From positions 7,564,001-7,628,000 of the forward strand of contig OX597815.1 in NCBI GenBank assembly GCA_951406725.2: 64,000 bases of DNA, written 5' to 3'. The position numbers were made by a program, and so were the translations under genes. Of the stretch, positions 1 to 11,930 are shown one piece after another. This DNA is from Octopus vulgaris. Lineage: Eukaryota. Numbering within the stretch: the first letter of the stretch is position 1; each line of letters opens with the position of its first letter. Under the pieces are notes generated by a model. That model worked only from the letters and a program-made list of their open reading frames with translations. It ran no database searches and was not told where the DNA came from.

Positions 1-373
1 GTGTGTGTGTGTGTTATACACACACACATACATGTTCATAGAGAGAAAGAGAGGGAGAGCAAGGGACGGGGGTGAATCATCAAAATTGAAAGATCAAAAC
101 CAAAGAGACAGCGGACGTAGGTGTAGGGCGATAGTTAGGGCGGTATTTTATCTTCTTTTTATAGAAGTACGTACATCTGTACATGTGATTTAACGATGAA
201 TGACACATGACAGATTATTACAGGTAAATGATTCACACTATATATAAACAAGGCACAGGAACAACTGTAAGACATATTAAAGGTAAGTCTATTAAGATAT
301 ATAAATACATCTATACTAAACTCTGTGTGTGTGTGTGTTTGTACGTGCGTGTTATAAGAACGTATACGCTTAA

Positions 374-790
374 GGTGGCGAGCTGGCAGAAACGTTAGCA
401 GGCCGGGCGAAATGCTCAGCGGTATTTCGTCTGCCGTTACGTTCTGAGTTCAAATTCCGCCGAGGTCGACTTTGCCTTTCATCCTTTCGGGGTCGATTAA
501 ATAAGTACCAGTTACGCACTGGGGTCGATATAATCGACTCAATCCGTCTGTCTGTCCTTGTTTGTCCCCTCTATGTTTAGCCCCTTGTGGGTAATAAAGA
601 AATAGGTATTTCGTCTGCCATTACGTTCTGAGTTCAAATTCCGCCGAGGTCGACTTTGCCTTTCATCCTTTCGGGGTCGATTAAATTAAGTACCAGTTAC
701 GTACTGGGGTCAATATAATCGACTTAATCCGTTTGTCTGTCCTTGTTTGTCCCCTCTGTGTTTAGCCCCTTGTCGGCAATAAAGAAATAA
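374..790 (+). mobile_element. tRNA-derived SINE family A (Meta-domain-like), with tandem second body unit
   Basis: Head GGYGGCGAGCTGGCAGAAACGTTAGC, B-box GAGTTCAAATTCC, body GCCTTTCATCCTTTCGGGGTCGAT. Other copies at about 3509, 13845(-), 26773, 29027, 33146, 33693, 35950(-), 36558, 39686(-), 39960, 48883, 49195(-), 49515(-), 63575. Confidence 0.85.
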
Positions 791-1326
791 GAAACGTATA
801 CGCATACTTACTGGTTTTGCATACTTACTGTTTTATGTGCACATAAACATATGTTTATATCTATGATTACATAATTCAACGATAGTGTCTTATATGAGGA
901 AATTTGGTTGCTATTTCTAGGATGACCAACGACCACACATAAAGTGTGTCTGTTATAAGTAATTGCGAACTCTCCTGTCGTAGATAACAGATTAGTGTTT
1001 CGCAATTTCTTGATTAACAACCTGCACAGATGTTCCTACATGTGGGGAAATTTTCACAGGTGTCAGCATGTATGTACGTTTGTGCTGTGTCCATATACAT
1101 CTGTGTGTGTGTGTGTGTCTAAATAAATGTACGAGGCTACGTGCCTTTGATGTATATGTGCAATACCCAACCCTGTGACTAGCTTGCCCTAATAGAAATA
1201 TTGAATATCAACCATTTTCCTCTTTGAATAAGTCAAACCACCTAACTTCTTCCAGCCATCAAATTCTAAGTTTTGAGCTCTGTAAACCTACTAAAGCTAA
1301 ACTTTATGAAATTAACCTTCAGTATA

Positions 1327-1720
1327 GGTGCAGGGGTGGCTGTGTAGTAAGAAGCTTGCTTACCAACCATATGGTTCCGGGTTCAGTCCCACTTCGTGAC
1401 ACCTTGGGCTAGTGTCTTCTACGATATAGCCTCGGACCGACCAAAGCCTTGTGAGTGGATTTGGTAGACAGAAACTGAAAGAAGCCCGTCGTATATATGT
1501 GTGTGTGCGTGTGTGTGTGCGTGTATGTGTGTGTGTTTGTTCCCCCACCATTGCTGGACAACCGACGTTAGTGTGGTCACGTCCCTGAAACTTAGCGGTT
1601 CGGCAAAGGCGACCGCAGAATACTAGGCTTACAAAGAATAAGTCCTGGGGTCGACTTGTTCGACTAAAGGCGGTGCTCCAGCATGGTCACAGTGAAATGA
1701 CTGAAACAAGTAAAAAAGAG
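1327..1720 (+). mobile_element. tRNA-derived SINE family B (CORE-like) with internal (TA)n(TG)n tract
   Basis: A-box TGGCTGTGTRGT, B-box GGTTCAGTCCC, CORE-like CCTTGGGCAAGTG. Other copies at about 1863, 7206, 24520, 31190, 35336, 36785(-), 38027, 38570(-), 39273, 48600(-), 49895(-), 58780(-), 60000(-), 62120, 62715(-). Confidence 0.85.
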
Positions 1721-2576
1721 TAATGGAGTATCCCCAAAACTCTTTTTCCATAAAAATGTCTTCCCTCATCTTACCACTTTAAGGTTAATTACAAAAAGTT
1801 AAAAACCCAACGAGAATTCTTTAAGTTTACATTTCTTTTGATCTTTAATTCTCCAACAAATTGGTGCAGGCATGGATGTATGGTAGGAAGCTTGTTTTCC
1901 AGTCACACGGTTCCAGGCTCAGTTTTACGGCTTGGCGGTCCTTGGGCAAGTGTCTTCTACTTATAGTCTCGGGCTGACCAAATCCTTCTCAGTGGATTTG
2001 GTAGACGGAAACTGAAAGAAGCCCAGTCGTGAGTGTGTGTGTGTGTATGCGTCTGTGTTTGCCCACCCACTCGACATCACTTGACAACCAGTGTTGGTGT
2101 GTTTATATATCCGTGAATTAGCGGTTCGGCAAAAGAGACCGATAAAATAAATACTAGGCTTTAAAAAAAAGTCCTGTTCAATGAAAAGTCTTCAAGGAGG
2201 TGCCACAGCACAGCCGCAGTCAAAGGACCGAAAAAAAAAAAAAGAAAAGATGCCAACCAAAAATATCCATTACAATTACGTCCTTAAAACAATCACAGCT
2301 AAATGCATTTGTACCATTTCCTCAGTCCACATTTGCTGATCTCCAGAATGTGACTTTGTCGTTGTCCAGCCTCCCAGGTGTAGCTTTACTAGCTATATAT
2401 AGAACCCAAACAATAAAGCAGACAATAAAGTCGCCTGATTAAGCGGAAGTGTGAAATTGGAAACAACTCGATGAAACCCAGTTTTGAATGAATCTCTTCG
2501 ACTCTACTTCATTGTACTCCGTACTTTTCTACATCAAACAGTCCCTATATGTACGTCATTCATAATATTGATGTGA

Positions 2577-2622
<46 letters not shown>

Positions 2623-2825
2623 CACACTGCAAGATGGCGTTTATGTTGTTGGTAACTTTGTCGCTGTTTCCTCCGGAGCCAGTTGATTTATTATCGGAGG
2701 CATTGCAACTGTGACCCATCTTATTGTCAGACACAGGGCCTCTGTGGTTACATAATCCAATGACAAAGACTTGTATGAGGAAATTTGATTGGCACTTCTA
2801 GGATGTCGAGTGACCACACACAAAA

Positions 2826-3180
2826 AAAATAAAAGTGAAGGACATCCTTCGGTCATGAATGACCATGGGATTGCACCTAGTAAGTTACCCTCAGAGGCAC
2901 AAGTCCGAGCAAGGTTGTTTCTGGAAGACCAGCAGCCGCATTTGCATACCAGCATCCCTTCTCCACGCCACTGATGTTATATCCAAGAGAAAGGCAAAGG
3001 GGCCGATACAGCTTGGCACCAGAGACGTCGCAAATTATTTCTACAGCTGAGTGATCCAGAGCAACGTGAAATAAAGTGTCTTGCTCAAGAACACAACACA
3101 GCCCGGCCACGGAATCGATCTCACTACCTTATGATTGTGAGCCTGACGCTTTAACCACTGAGCCATGCGCATTCACACAA
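2826..3180 (-). mobile_element. tRNA-derived SINE inserted into an older repeat
   Basis: Minus-strand tRNA-like head (GCGCATGGCTCAGTGGTTA...TCGATTCC) and CORE-like TTCTTGAGCAAGACACT. Flanked on both sides by CACACAAAAAA. The rejoined flanks match 868-1032. Confidence 0.65.
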
Positions 3181-4377
3181 AAAAGTACGTCTGTTATAAA
3201 AATAATTGTGGGTTCTCCAGTCGTAGATGACATATAAGGGTTCAGCAAATTCTTGGTTGACAACCTGCGCGGATGATCCTGCACCGTGCATTAGCTCACT
3301 CCCTCCATAAAATTGACACAGCTTGTACAGATTACAGTGAACCGTACGTCAGGTGTCGGAGTAATCGCAGGGAGCAACGTGAAAATGAGAGTATTTTGCT
3401 CAAGAACACAATGGTCCAGGAAACGAAACTACGATCTTACGGTCGTAGTGCGACACTCTAACCGCTGGGCCACACACCCTCACACAATTATAGATTATAC
3501 AGGATAAGGGCGGCGAGCTGGCAGAAACGTTAGCACGTCGGGCGAAATGCTTTGTGGTATTTCGTCCGCTGCTACGTTCTGAGTTTAAATTCCACCACGG
3601 TCGACTTTGCCTTTCTTCCTTTCGGGGTTGATTAAATAAGTACCAGTTACGCACTGGGGTCGATATAATCGACTCAATCCGTTTGTCAGTCCTTGTTTCT
3701 CCCCTCTGTGTTTAGCCCCTTTGTGGGTAGTAAAGAAATAGGTTATACTGGAGTTAAAAGGGACCAACAAGGAAGCTCCTACATAATCGCCCCTTTTGCT
3801 AGAAATAACAAAAATATCTCTCAAATTACGCAATGCCATCTTTAAAAAGACAATCTCTCTGGAGAAAGAAATACAGGATGGTCATGGCTGGAAGGCCGTT
3901 TTGGGTCGTAGATCTGCAGCTCGATAGTGGACGACTCGAAGCTGAACAACAACAACAATAACAACAACAACAACAACGTAAATATAAGCAATAACATCAA
4001 CGCCGACAAGTAAACCAAGTCTTGATTCGTTTTAGCAAATATTGTTCAATTTCTCTTTTCTACCATGAAACATATTTATCAGGAATTGTTGTGTGATAAT
4101 AATCAAACTGACTCGGACTTTGATGTTTGCACAAATCGATTTAAAATATTAAAATATGAATGCTTTTCTGTATATCTGAATATCTTTGTGTCATACCACT
4201 TCTGCATCTCTTTTAAACTCACATCACACGTATATACATACATATATATCTGTGTTATGTGTCACGAGTTAATATATATATATATATATACACATACATA
4301 CACATTTTCTCTATGTATGTAATGGTGTATTATTTGCAAGTATTATTACGTTACACGGTAAATGTACGATATGCGTG

Positions 4378-4422
<45 letters not shown>

Positions 4423-4548
4423 TTGTGTTATTATGTCACACAGTAAATCAACGATATATATAAAGTAGGTAGCGGTGTACTTTGCAAGCATTATATATAC
4501 GGTAAATCTACGAAATATGTGTGTGGTGTATAGTGTGATGTGTATAGC

Positions 4549-4581
<33 letters not shown>

Positions 4582-4775
4582 TGTGCGTGTGTGTGTGTGA
4601 GCTTGCAAAAAGGCAGCTGTACAGAAGAGCTTCACCATCCATAACACAAAAGAGGAGACATCTCAGTGTGGGTCCCCGCCGCAGTCAGAACTGTTTTTGA
4701 TGGCTACATTAACCTAACCGTTACAGAAACATAAATGTGAAACAGGAAAAGTCGATAAAATATACCTATGCCATG

Positions 4776-4864
4776 TGACGTCATTAAAAAGTGATTTTTA
4801 CACGGAAATGAAAGATAGTAGGAGGGCGAGGAAAAGGGTGAGGAAAAAGAACGAAAAGCACAAT

Positions 4865-4937
<73 letters not shown>

Positions 4938-4990
4938 AGGAAGTAAAATGGTCTCCAATTGCATATAAAAACTGACGTCGCCATTGTTGT
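4776..4990 (+). promoter_or_regulatory. Candidate Pol II promoter (CRE, GAGA tract, ETS, YY1-like, CCAAT, TATA)
   Basis: TGACGTCA 4776-4783, (GA)n about 4903-4935, CAGGAAGT 4937-4944, AAAATGG 4945-4951, CCAAT 4955-4959, TATAAAAA 4964-4971, TGACGTCG 4973-4980. Motif evidence only. Confidence 0.4.
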
Positions 4991-5219
4991 TGACTAAAAC
5001 TCTTGTAAGGCCAGTCCCCCCGCGTTGAGCGCAGACAAAGGATCAAATAGGTTCCGGTCGTGATCATCCTGTTGGTTGTTGTTTGTAGTTTGTGTGTAGT
5101 GTAAGTTGGACGCAATTCATTTCAGGAAGTTTTGGCTGCTACTTCTAGCATTCCGATTGACTACATAAAGGCTTCTCATGTTGGTAACGTCAATGTAATA
5201 ATTATGTGTAGCAGTTAAG

Positions 5220-5274
5220 AAAATGGTGGTGGTAGTGATGATGATGATGGTGGTGGTGGTGGTGGTGGTGATGA

Positions 5275-5308
<34 letters not shown>

Positions 5309-5440
5309 GGTGATGATGGTAGTGGTGGTGGTGGTGATGATGATGATAATGATGATGATGGTTGTGGTGGTGATGATGATGATGGTGGTGGTGGTGGTGG
5401 CGGCGGCGGCGGCGATGGTAGCAAAAGCAATGCAGTGATA
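5220..5440. repeat. Compound (GAT)n/(GGT)n/(GGC)n trinucleotide tract
   Basis: Directly visible in the sequence. Confidence 0.9.
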
Positions 5441-5519
5441 ATGAGTGAACACTCCATCTTTAAAGTTCATTTTTGAAAGTGGTAGAGAGAGATAGAGAGA
5501 GAGAGAAAGAAAGAGAGAG

Positions 5520-5568
<49 letters not shown>

Positions 5569-5619
5569 AAGGGGAGAATTGAAATAAATTTTGTGTTGCT
5601 TTTCTTTTATGGTCTAAGC

Positions 5620-5812
5620 CAGAGGTTCATAAACTTTTTCGGATTGCCGCCTCCTTGCCACCCCCACCATTTTCCACCACAAAACAGAGACAGACCACTT
5701 TCCGCAGCAAATTCAAAACAATAGTATTTCACAAATTAAAACTTAAAACCTAATTAACCCATTATTCTGTTGTTCTTTACATCCATCGCCCTACCCACTT
5801 TGGGAACCACTG
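5620..5812. mobile_element. hAT (Charlie/Buster-like) MITE
   Basis: Termini CAGAGGTTCATAAAC and TTTGGGAACCACTG. 8-bp flanks GTCTAAGC and CTCTACGC match at 6/8 and fit an NTCTA-type target. Confidence 0.6.
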
Positions 5813-6899
5813 CTCTACGCTAACAGAAAACTTTAAAAAAACTGAAATTTTACACATTCGTCAATTCTACACTGCTGCCACTGTTTACAACGAACGATAA
5901 GCCCTTCTTTCCGATCAGCGAAACCTACCAAGGAGGAATTACAACCGTGTTTCGTGGTCTGCTACCACAACAGCTCCTTTATAGGATCCAGATAGCTCAA
6001 GACATCATCAGGAGGAACCACGTCCGGTTTCGGCCCCTACGCCTCTACCGTTTTGACGTGCCCCCCCCCCTTTCGGAGGTGTCTTCAGCTCTGGTGTTGG
6101 GTGCATGTCTTCTTTCTTCTGTTCTCTGGCCTCTTCGATGCAGCGTCAACGAGTGTCAGCGGGCGACTGACTGACTCTAAAGTTAGTGGGCAGAGATTTT
6201 ACAGTTTATTCTATTACCAGTGTTGGATTCTGTCGAACAGCACAGGCACTTAACTCCCCAGGGTCTTCTTTCTTAACATGTCTGACAATAAGGTATTCAG
6301 AATAACCGAGAAGCTTATTGTTAGTATAGCACTGCGTGTGACGCCGGCTCTAGAATAAGTGTACTGTATCCCTGCTTGTAAGCGGTTAGAAAGGTTAGCG
6401 ACAAGAAAAGTATCCGACGGTAAAATACCGCAGAAAAATATCACCCAACCCATACCAGCACGAAAAAGTGGACGTAAAGCGCTGCTGCTACTACTGCTGA
6501 TATTTCGGATCTATCCAAGGTAGAGAATGGTGTCAGCAGAAACAACAGAAATATACCGAGGAAGAATCTAAAGATGGAGTTGATGGTGGAAAGTAGACTT
6601 GGAAACAGGGGACACGTACTCCAGAGCGACTGTCAGTAATCGTGGCTGTCCATGCATATCGGCATGTCCCCTGCATCCCTCTCTCAGTCAAGGGATCCTG
6701 GTCTTGTGGGATCGTGTGTGCTGGTGTCACGGGGAAAAGCACTTTTATGTAAAGCGTTTGGCCTCAGGAAGGGCATCCAGGCGTAGAAACTTTGCCAAAA
6801 CAAACAGAGCCTGGGCAACCTTCAAGCTGGCCAGCTTCTGTTAAATCGTCTAACCCATGCCAGCATGGAGAACGGATGCTAAAAGATGATTTAAGGGGA

Positions 6900-7170
6900 T
6901 ACCCTAATGTGGATACACTATGGAGAGGAGGCAGCGAATGTGGAGGTAAAAAATAGTAACTTCAGAAAGATTACAGACGCAGAGAGAAATTTTCACTGGA
7001 ATCTGTGTAGAAGATTATGGATACCAAGTCTTCAAGAAATATTAATGTGAGAAAACAAAACGGATACGGAACAACCAGGCAAAAATCTGATGAGACTTTG
7101 ATACTCGGATCAATTCATATAGAACGCCGAAGACTTGGCACTAGGGGTTGCTGTAATTAAACAAATGGAG
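6900..7170 (+). pseudogene. Degraded RLE-type (R2/R4-like) non-LTR retrotransposon fragment
   Basis: Broken translation contains SEC...FHWNLC...AKI**DFD, resembling the zinc-knuckle-to-endonuclease region of RLE elements. Confidence 0.4.
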
Positions 7171-7661
7171 TTTTAAAATGAATATTTGTAAATTAGGGAA
7201 CTATAGGCGCAGGAGTGGCTGTGTGGTAAGTAGCGGGCAAGTATCTTCTACTATAGCCTTGTGAGTGGATTTGGTAGACGGAAACTGAAAGAAGCCCATC
7301 GTATATATATGTATATATATGTGTGTGTGTGTGTGTGTGTATGTGTGTGTGTGTTTGTCCCCGTAACTTAGCGGTTCGGCAAAAAAAAAACGACAGAATA
7401 AGTACTAGGCTTCCAAAGAATAAGTCATGGGGTCAATTTACTCGTAAAAAAAAAAACGTCAGATATTTTCTATTAGAAATTTTTCAGATAGAGTAAAAAA
7501 TACCAAAATATTTTCCAGTCTTGCTTTTATATACATATGTGTATATAACTTAACTATTGAGGGAATTGAATAATTCTTATGCCCATAAGTATGCGTGTTT
7601 GGTTATGTGTATATGTATATAATATATATATTACATAATATATGTATATTCTAACGTCTTG

Positions 7662-7810
7662 TTGGCGTTAGGAAGGGCATCCAGCCGTAGAAACATTGCC
7701 AGATCAGACTGGGCCTGGTGCAGCCTTCTGGCTTCCCAGACCCCAGTTGAACCGTCCAACCCATGCTAGCATGGAAAGCGGACGCTGACCTAAATGATGA
7801 TGATGATGAT
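7662..7810 (+). mobile_element. SINE family D 3' part ending in a (GAT)n tail
   Basis: TTGGCGTTAGGAAGGGCATCCAGC...CCCATGCTAGCATGGAAAGCGGACG then (GAT)n. Other copies at about 6757, 11080, 17462(-), 17870, 23500(-), 24915(-), 39826. Confidence 0.8.
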
Positions 7811-7812
7811 AT

Positions 7813-7863
<51 letters not shown>

Positions 7864-8230
7864 TATATTATATATATATATGTGTATATATATATATATA
7901 TATATAATATATATATATTATATATATATATACATGTGTGTGTGTGTGTATATATATATTATATACACACATATACACTCACGCATATACTTTCTCAAAA
8001 ATAGGCGTCTTTATGCTAGTCTAATTACGCACACCTCATTATGAAATTTTCTTTACAGTTATATCACAAAAACAGCAATGTTGTAAAAACAGTGGGTGGC
8101 CGGGGGTTGATGGTGGTGGGCGAAAGTGGAGTTTGGTTAACTTTAAAGAGAAAAACTGGTCGACGTTAGATTCATTGAAATGGGTTGAGGGTAAGAGACA
8201 GCGAGTGTTATTGTTATTATTATTATATTA

Positions 8231-8269
<39 letters not shown>

Positions 8270-8542
8270 GGTTTTCAGGGCGGTGGCGGCGTGGTAGTGG
8301 AAATAGAAACATCGGACTAATCGTCTTTATAACCGATTTATTTATTGTTTCTTCGTTTTCGAGTTCAGATCTCGCCGATGTTGCCTCACGTCCCGTCAGA
8401 GTTCGATACACAGGAAACACTATTAATATAGTGTACTATCTCTACAAACACGTTAACCTGTGCCAAAGCAAAAAAAAAAAAACATTATTATAGTGGATAA
8501 TTATTTACATTTGACGGATATTTTGTTCTCATCCTGTTTGTT

Positions 8543-8592
8543 GTTAACACAACGTTTCGGTTGATATACCCTCCAGCTTTCATCAGGTGTCT
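8543..8592 (-). ncRNA. Minimal type I hammerhead ribozyme motif (Penelope-like), stem II degraded
   Basis: Minus strand reads GACAC-CTGATGA-aagctggagggtatatcaacc-GAAA-CG-TT-GTGTT. Stem I is GACAC/GTGTT and the core is intact. Confidence 0.55.
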
Positions 8593-8618
8593 TGGTGAAA
8601 TTTTAAATCTTGGTTCTC

Positions 8619-8927
8619 ATACCTCCACGCTGGAAATAGTAGCCAAAACTTGACTCTAAAACCACATTAAATTTTCATACAGCACCAGGAGAGAAGACAA
8701 AAAGGACAAAATAAACTAGCAAAGAATTACTGGATAATTCCAGATCCCGGATTTCTGACTTTGCATAAGAAATGCTTTGCCTCAAAGCCAGAAATCCGGG
8801 ATCTGGAATTATCCAGTAATCTTTTGCTAGTTTATTTTGTCCTTTTTGTCTTCTCTCCTGGTGCTGTATGAACATTTAATGTGGTTTTAGAGTCTAGTTT
8901 TGGCTGCTATTTCCAGCGTGGAGGTAT
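8619..8927. repeat. Near-perfect foldback, ~145-bp arms with a 19-nt loop
   Basis: 8619-8763 is the reverse complement of 8783-8927 with only a few mismatches. Confidence 0.95.
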
Positions 8928-9211
8928 CTCTTAGATATCCTAAATTATAATTTTAATAATAATTATTACCTTTGAAGGTTTTTATTCCCATTTTGTGGAC
9001 AACCCTAATGCTAGAAGTAGATCCGCTATGGTCTTACCACTAAAAAATGTTCTCTAGAAAATTTAGCAAACACCAGAAACGTAAGCGAGCAAGACAAATG
9101 TAAAGTAACAAAAATATAGATAAATCATAAACAATATTTCACTATTAACAGATTACGTAATTTTACTTACGCAATTTGTCCGTAGATCTTCAGTATGATC
9201 GTCCATACAAA

Positions 9212-9280
9212 TATAATTTGTAGAACTACACACCAGACGCCCGCACGAGGTCGAACATGTATGCAGTTCTACCTGTTACA
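9212..9280 (-). ncRNA. Pre-miRNA-like hairpin (candidate)
   Basis: Minus strand GUAGAACUGCAUAC pairs with GUGUGUAGUUCUAC (14 bp including G-U). Extra GAC/GUC near the loop and a lower stem UGUAA/UUAUA. Confidence 0.3.
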
Positions 9281-10885
9281 CTTGTGGTTATTTTTCAAAA
9301 GTCTTCGTTTTGGCACGTTGCTGTTTCCAGCGTATCTTATGATTTCATAGACTATCTCAGTGTTTCATATTGCAGATTATTTTAATGCTTTTATCTTTGT
9401 CTGTGTCTGTTGTTAAATATTCTATTGTTTACTAGCATATAGCATCTGTTGTTGATGTTGTTATAAATACTATTGGTAGAATCTGATCTTGTTTGTACCA
9501 TTGGATAGCATCTGATACACTTCTGATAAACAGACAGCATATATTATTTATTATTGGTAATTCGAGAATAAAGTTATGGCCGAATGGTTAAAAGTTCGCT
9601 TCGCAAATACAAAACTTAGGGTTCGATAAACTCAGTGGCCTCTTGGACAAGTTTTTTTGTGTTTTTCCCCCTCAATCAGAGGCTGAAATCAACTTAATTC
9701 AAGTGAGTAAAATAAGAGACAGAAACTGAACCGAAGATTCAACCTAGCTATATATTATGCCAGAGGCGCATGGCTTAGTGGTAAGGTTGTTGGTTTCATG
9801 ATTGTGATTTCGATTCGGGAACCGAGGGACACGTTGTATTCTTGAGCAAAACGCATTTCATTTCACGTTGCTCCAGTTCGCTCAGCGGGCAAAAATGAGC
9901 AATCCTGCGATGGGCTAGCGTCCCGTCCAGTGGGGGTGTGTATACACCAGAGAAACCGGTCTTATTAGTTTATATAACTAGGGAAGGAGCTTTATCTTTC
10001 ATACATACATTCAAGCTTGGTGGAATACGCAATATAAATAAAATAGCCCCTTGTGGGCAATAAAGAAAATAAGAGTACGTAATCTGTTTTACACGTTCAT
10101 ACGAGCAGGTTATTGTGGTTGATCGGACTATTGAATGTTCATCGTCGAAATCGACGTAGGACCCGCTATTGATAAATGTAGCAACCATATGTTGTTGTTA
10201 TTAATGTTGCCTTCTTAGATGTTGTTGAGTGTTGTCGCTAATGTGTTTATTACTATTGTTTAGTTGTCATCGTTCTTTCATTGGCGTTTGTTATTGTTAT
10301 TGATATTGCAGCCACTACGGTTATGAATCGTTTGCCTTAATTACATTTCCAAAGAGCTATAAAAATATAAAACACGTCGGCAGAGATGAAATAAAAAGGC
10401 AATTTGAAGTGTAGGGGTGGCGGTGTGGGTAATATTTCGATTCTCTTTCCCATCCCACCAAACAGCTTTTCATAAGCATTCATTCACTCCTACCATACCC
10501 GTACCCTACCTTCTCTCTCTCTCTCGTTCTTTCAGACATTCTCGAGGCATCTTTCGATATATTCCACCAACAAATAAACATAAACAGTGAAAACCACCAT
10601 CGCTATCATCATCACCACCACCACCGTCCACATCATCATAGCAGTAGATAAAGGGTGGAAGCAGGCAAGAAATCGGTCCCACCGATACTTTGTCGTTTAC
10701 TCGTGATGATGGCGGTGATGTACCAGTGATCCTCAACTGACTTTCATCTCAGGAGTAAAATATTAGTAATGAGAATGGTATAGTTATTGGTGGTTGTGTT
10801 GTTGATGATGACGATAAAAACTAACACATTTCTACACTTGTGTTATATATCAACATCCTATATTTACATATACATATGTATATAT

Positions 10886-10920
10886 TTCTACGACGAAGAG
10901 CTATGCTCGAAACGTCATAT
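10886..10920 (+). ncRNA. Degenerate minimal hammerhead motif (Penelope-like)
   Basis: acGACGA-A-GAGC-TAT-GCTC-GAAA-CG-TC. Stem II is perfect but the first two core bases differ from CT. Confidence 0.4.
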
Positions 10921-11699
10921 TCCTAGTTTTCATTTTTCCCCTCTAAAACTTTCGCTGAGCGTCAGACTAAGTAATATTCACTCTGAACATCCCTTTGATG
11001 TTTTTGTTTTTAAGTTCGTCGTTTGTCCATCGATTTACTTATGTATACAATATATAGATTACATACACATGGTTGTTGGTGTCACATAAAAAGCACCCAG
11101 GACACTGTGTAGAGTGGTTGGCGTTAGGAAGGGCATCCGGTCAGAGAAACTATACCAAATAAGACCATAGAACTTGGTGCGGCCCCTGGGCCTTGCCAGT
11201 TTCTTGTCAAGTCGTCCAATCCAAGCCAACAAGGAAAAGGTATATTAAATGATGTTGACGATGCGTTTGTGTGTGTGTATATATACATGCTTCACACCCT
11301 TCAATGCTTCTGCCACTCATCGTCGTCGAGATATTCTCTACGCACTGTGTTGACGTGTTCCACTCCATCACAGATGATTCGTTTCCACTTTCCTTTTATT
11401 CAATCACCAACGAGCGGCGCACGGTACACATTAGGCATTGATTTCATACCTTTTTTTTTTCTTTTTAAATATCCCTTAACTTTGAGCTTCTGTTTACATG
11501 CACTCATCTTCATTCGGCTGAAAATAAAACAGGTTTTTGAGCCCCTTACAACCCCCCCAAAATCAACACAAAAAGCTGATATCACATAGTCACGGTTTTG
11601 AAGCCGGATATACCGTCTTGCTCGAGTACATCGACAATACTGTCAGTTTTATCACCGGATGTACAGTATTCTCCCGAAGCATTTCTGGTGGTAGATTCC

Positions 11700-11930
11700 T
11701 AGCTTATGATAAATTTACCCATGACTTGTCCAAGTTAGGGGGAGAGTACAGCTGTCTTTATTTACACCATAATTTTGGTTGCTTACTTCAGATGTTTAAA
11801 ATTTTCTTTTATAGCCGCTTCTGTGGCGACTAGCATACTTTATCTCCTTATTTATATCTGTGGTAGATGTAACTACCAAGATATTGGAAATGTTCCACAT
11901 TATCCAACATCTGTCCATCTGCTTGTTTAC
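11700..11930 (-). pseudogene. Highly degraded LINE reverse transcriptase fragment
   Basis: Minus strand encodes ADGQMLDNVEHFQYLGSYI (RT YLG motif) at 11866-11922. Confidence 0.6.

Noticed and set aside
10695-10760. TTTACTC...GAGTAAA hairpin as a miRNA candidate
   Set aside because: The inner half pairs poorly.
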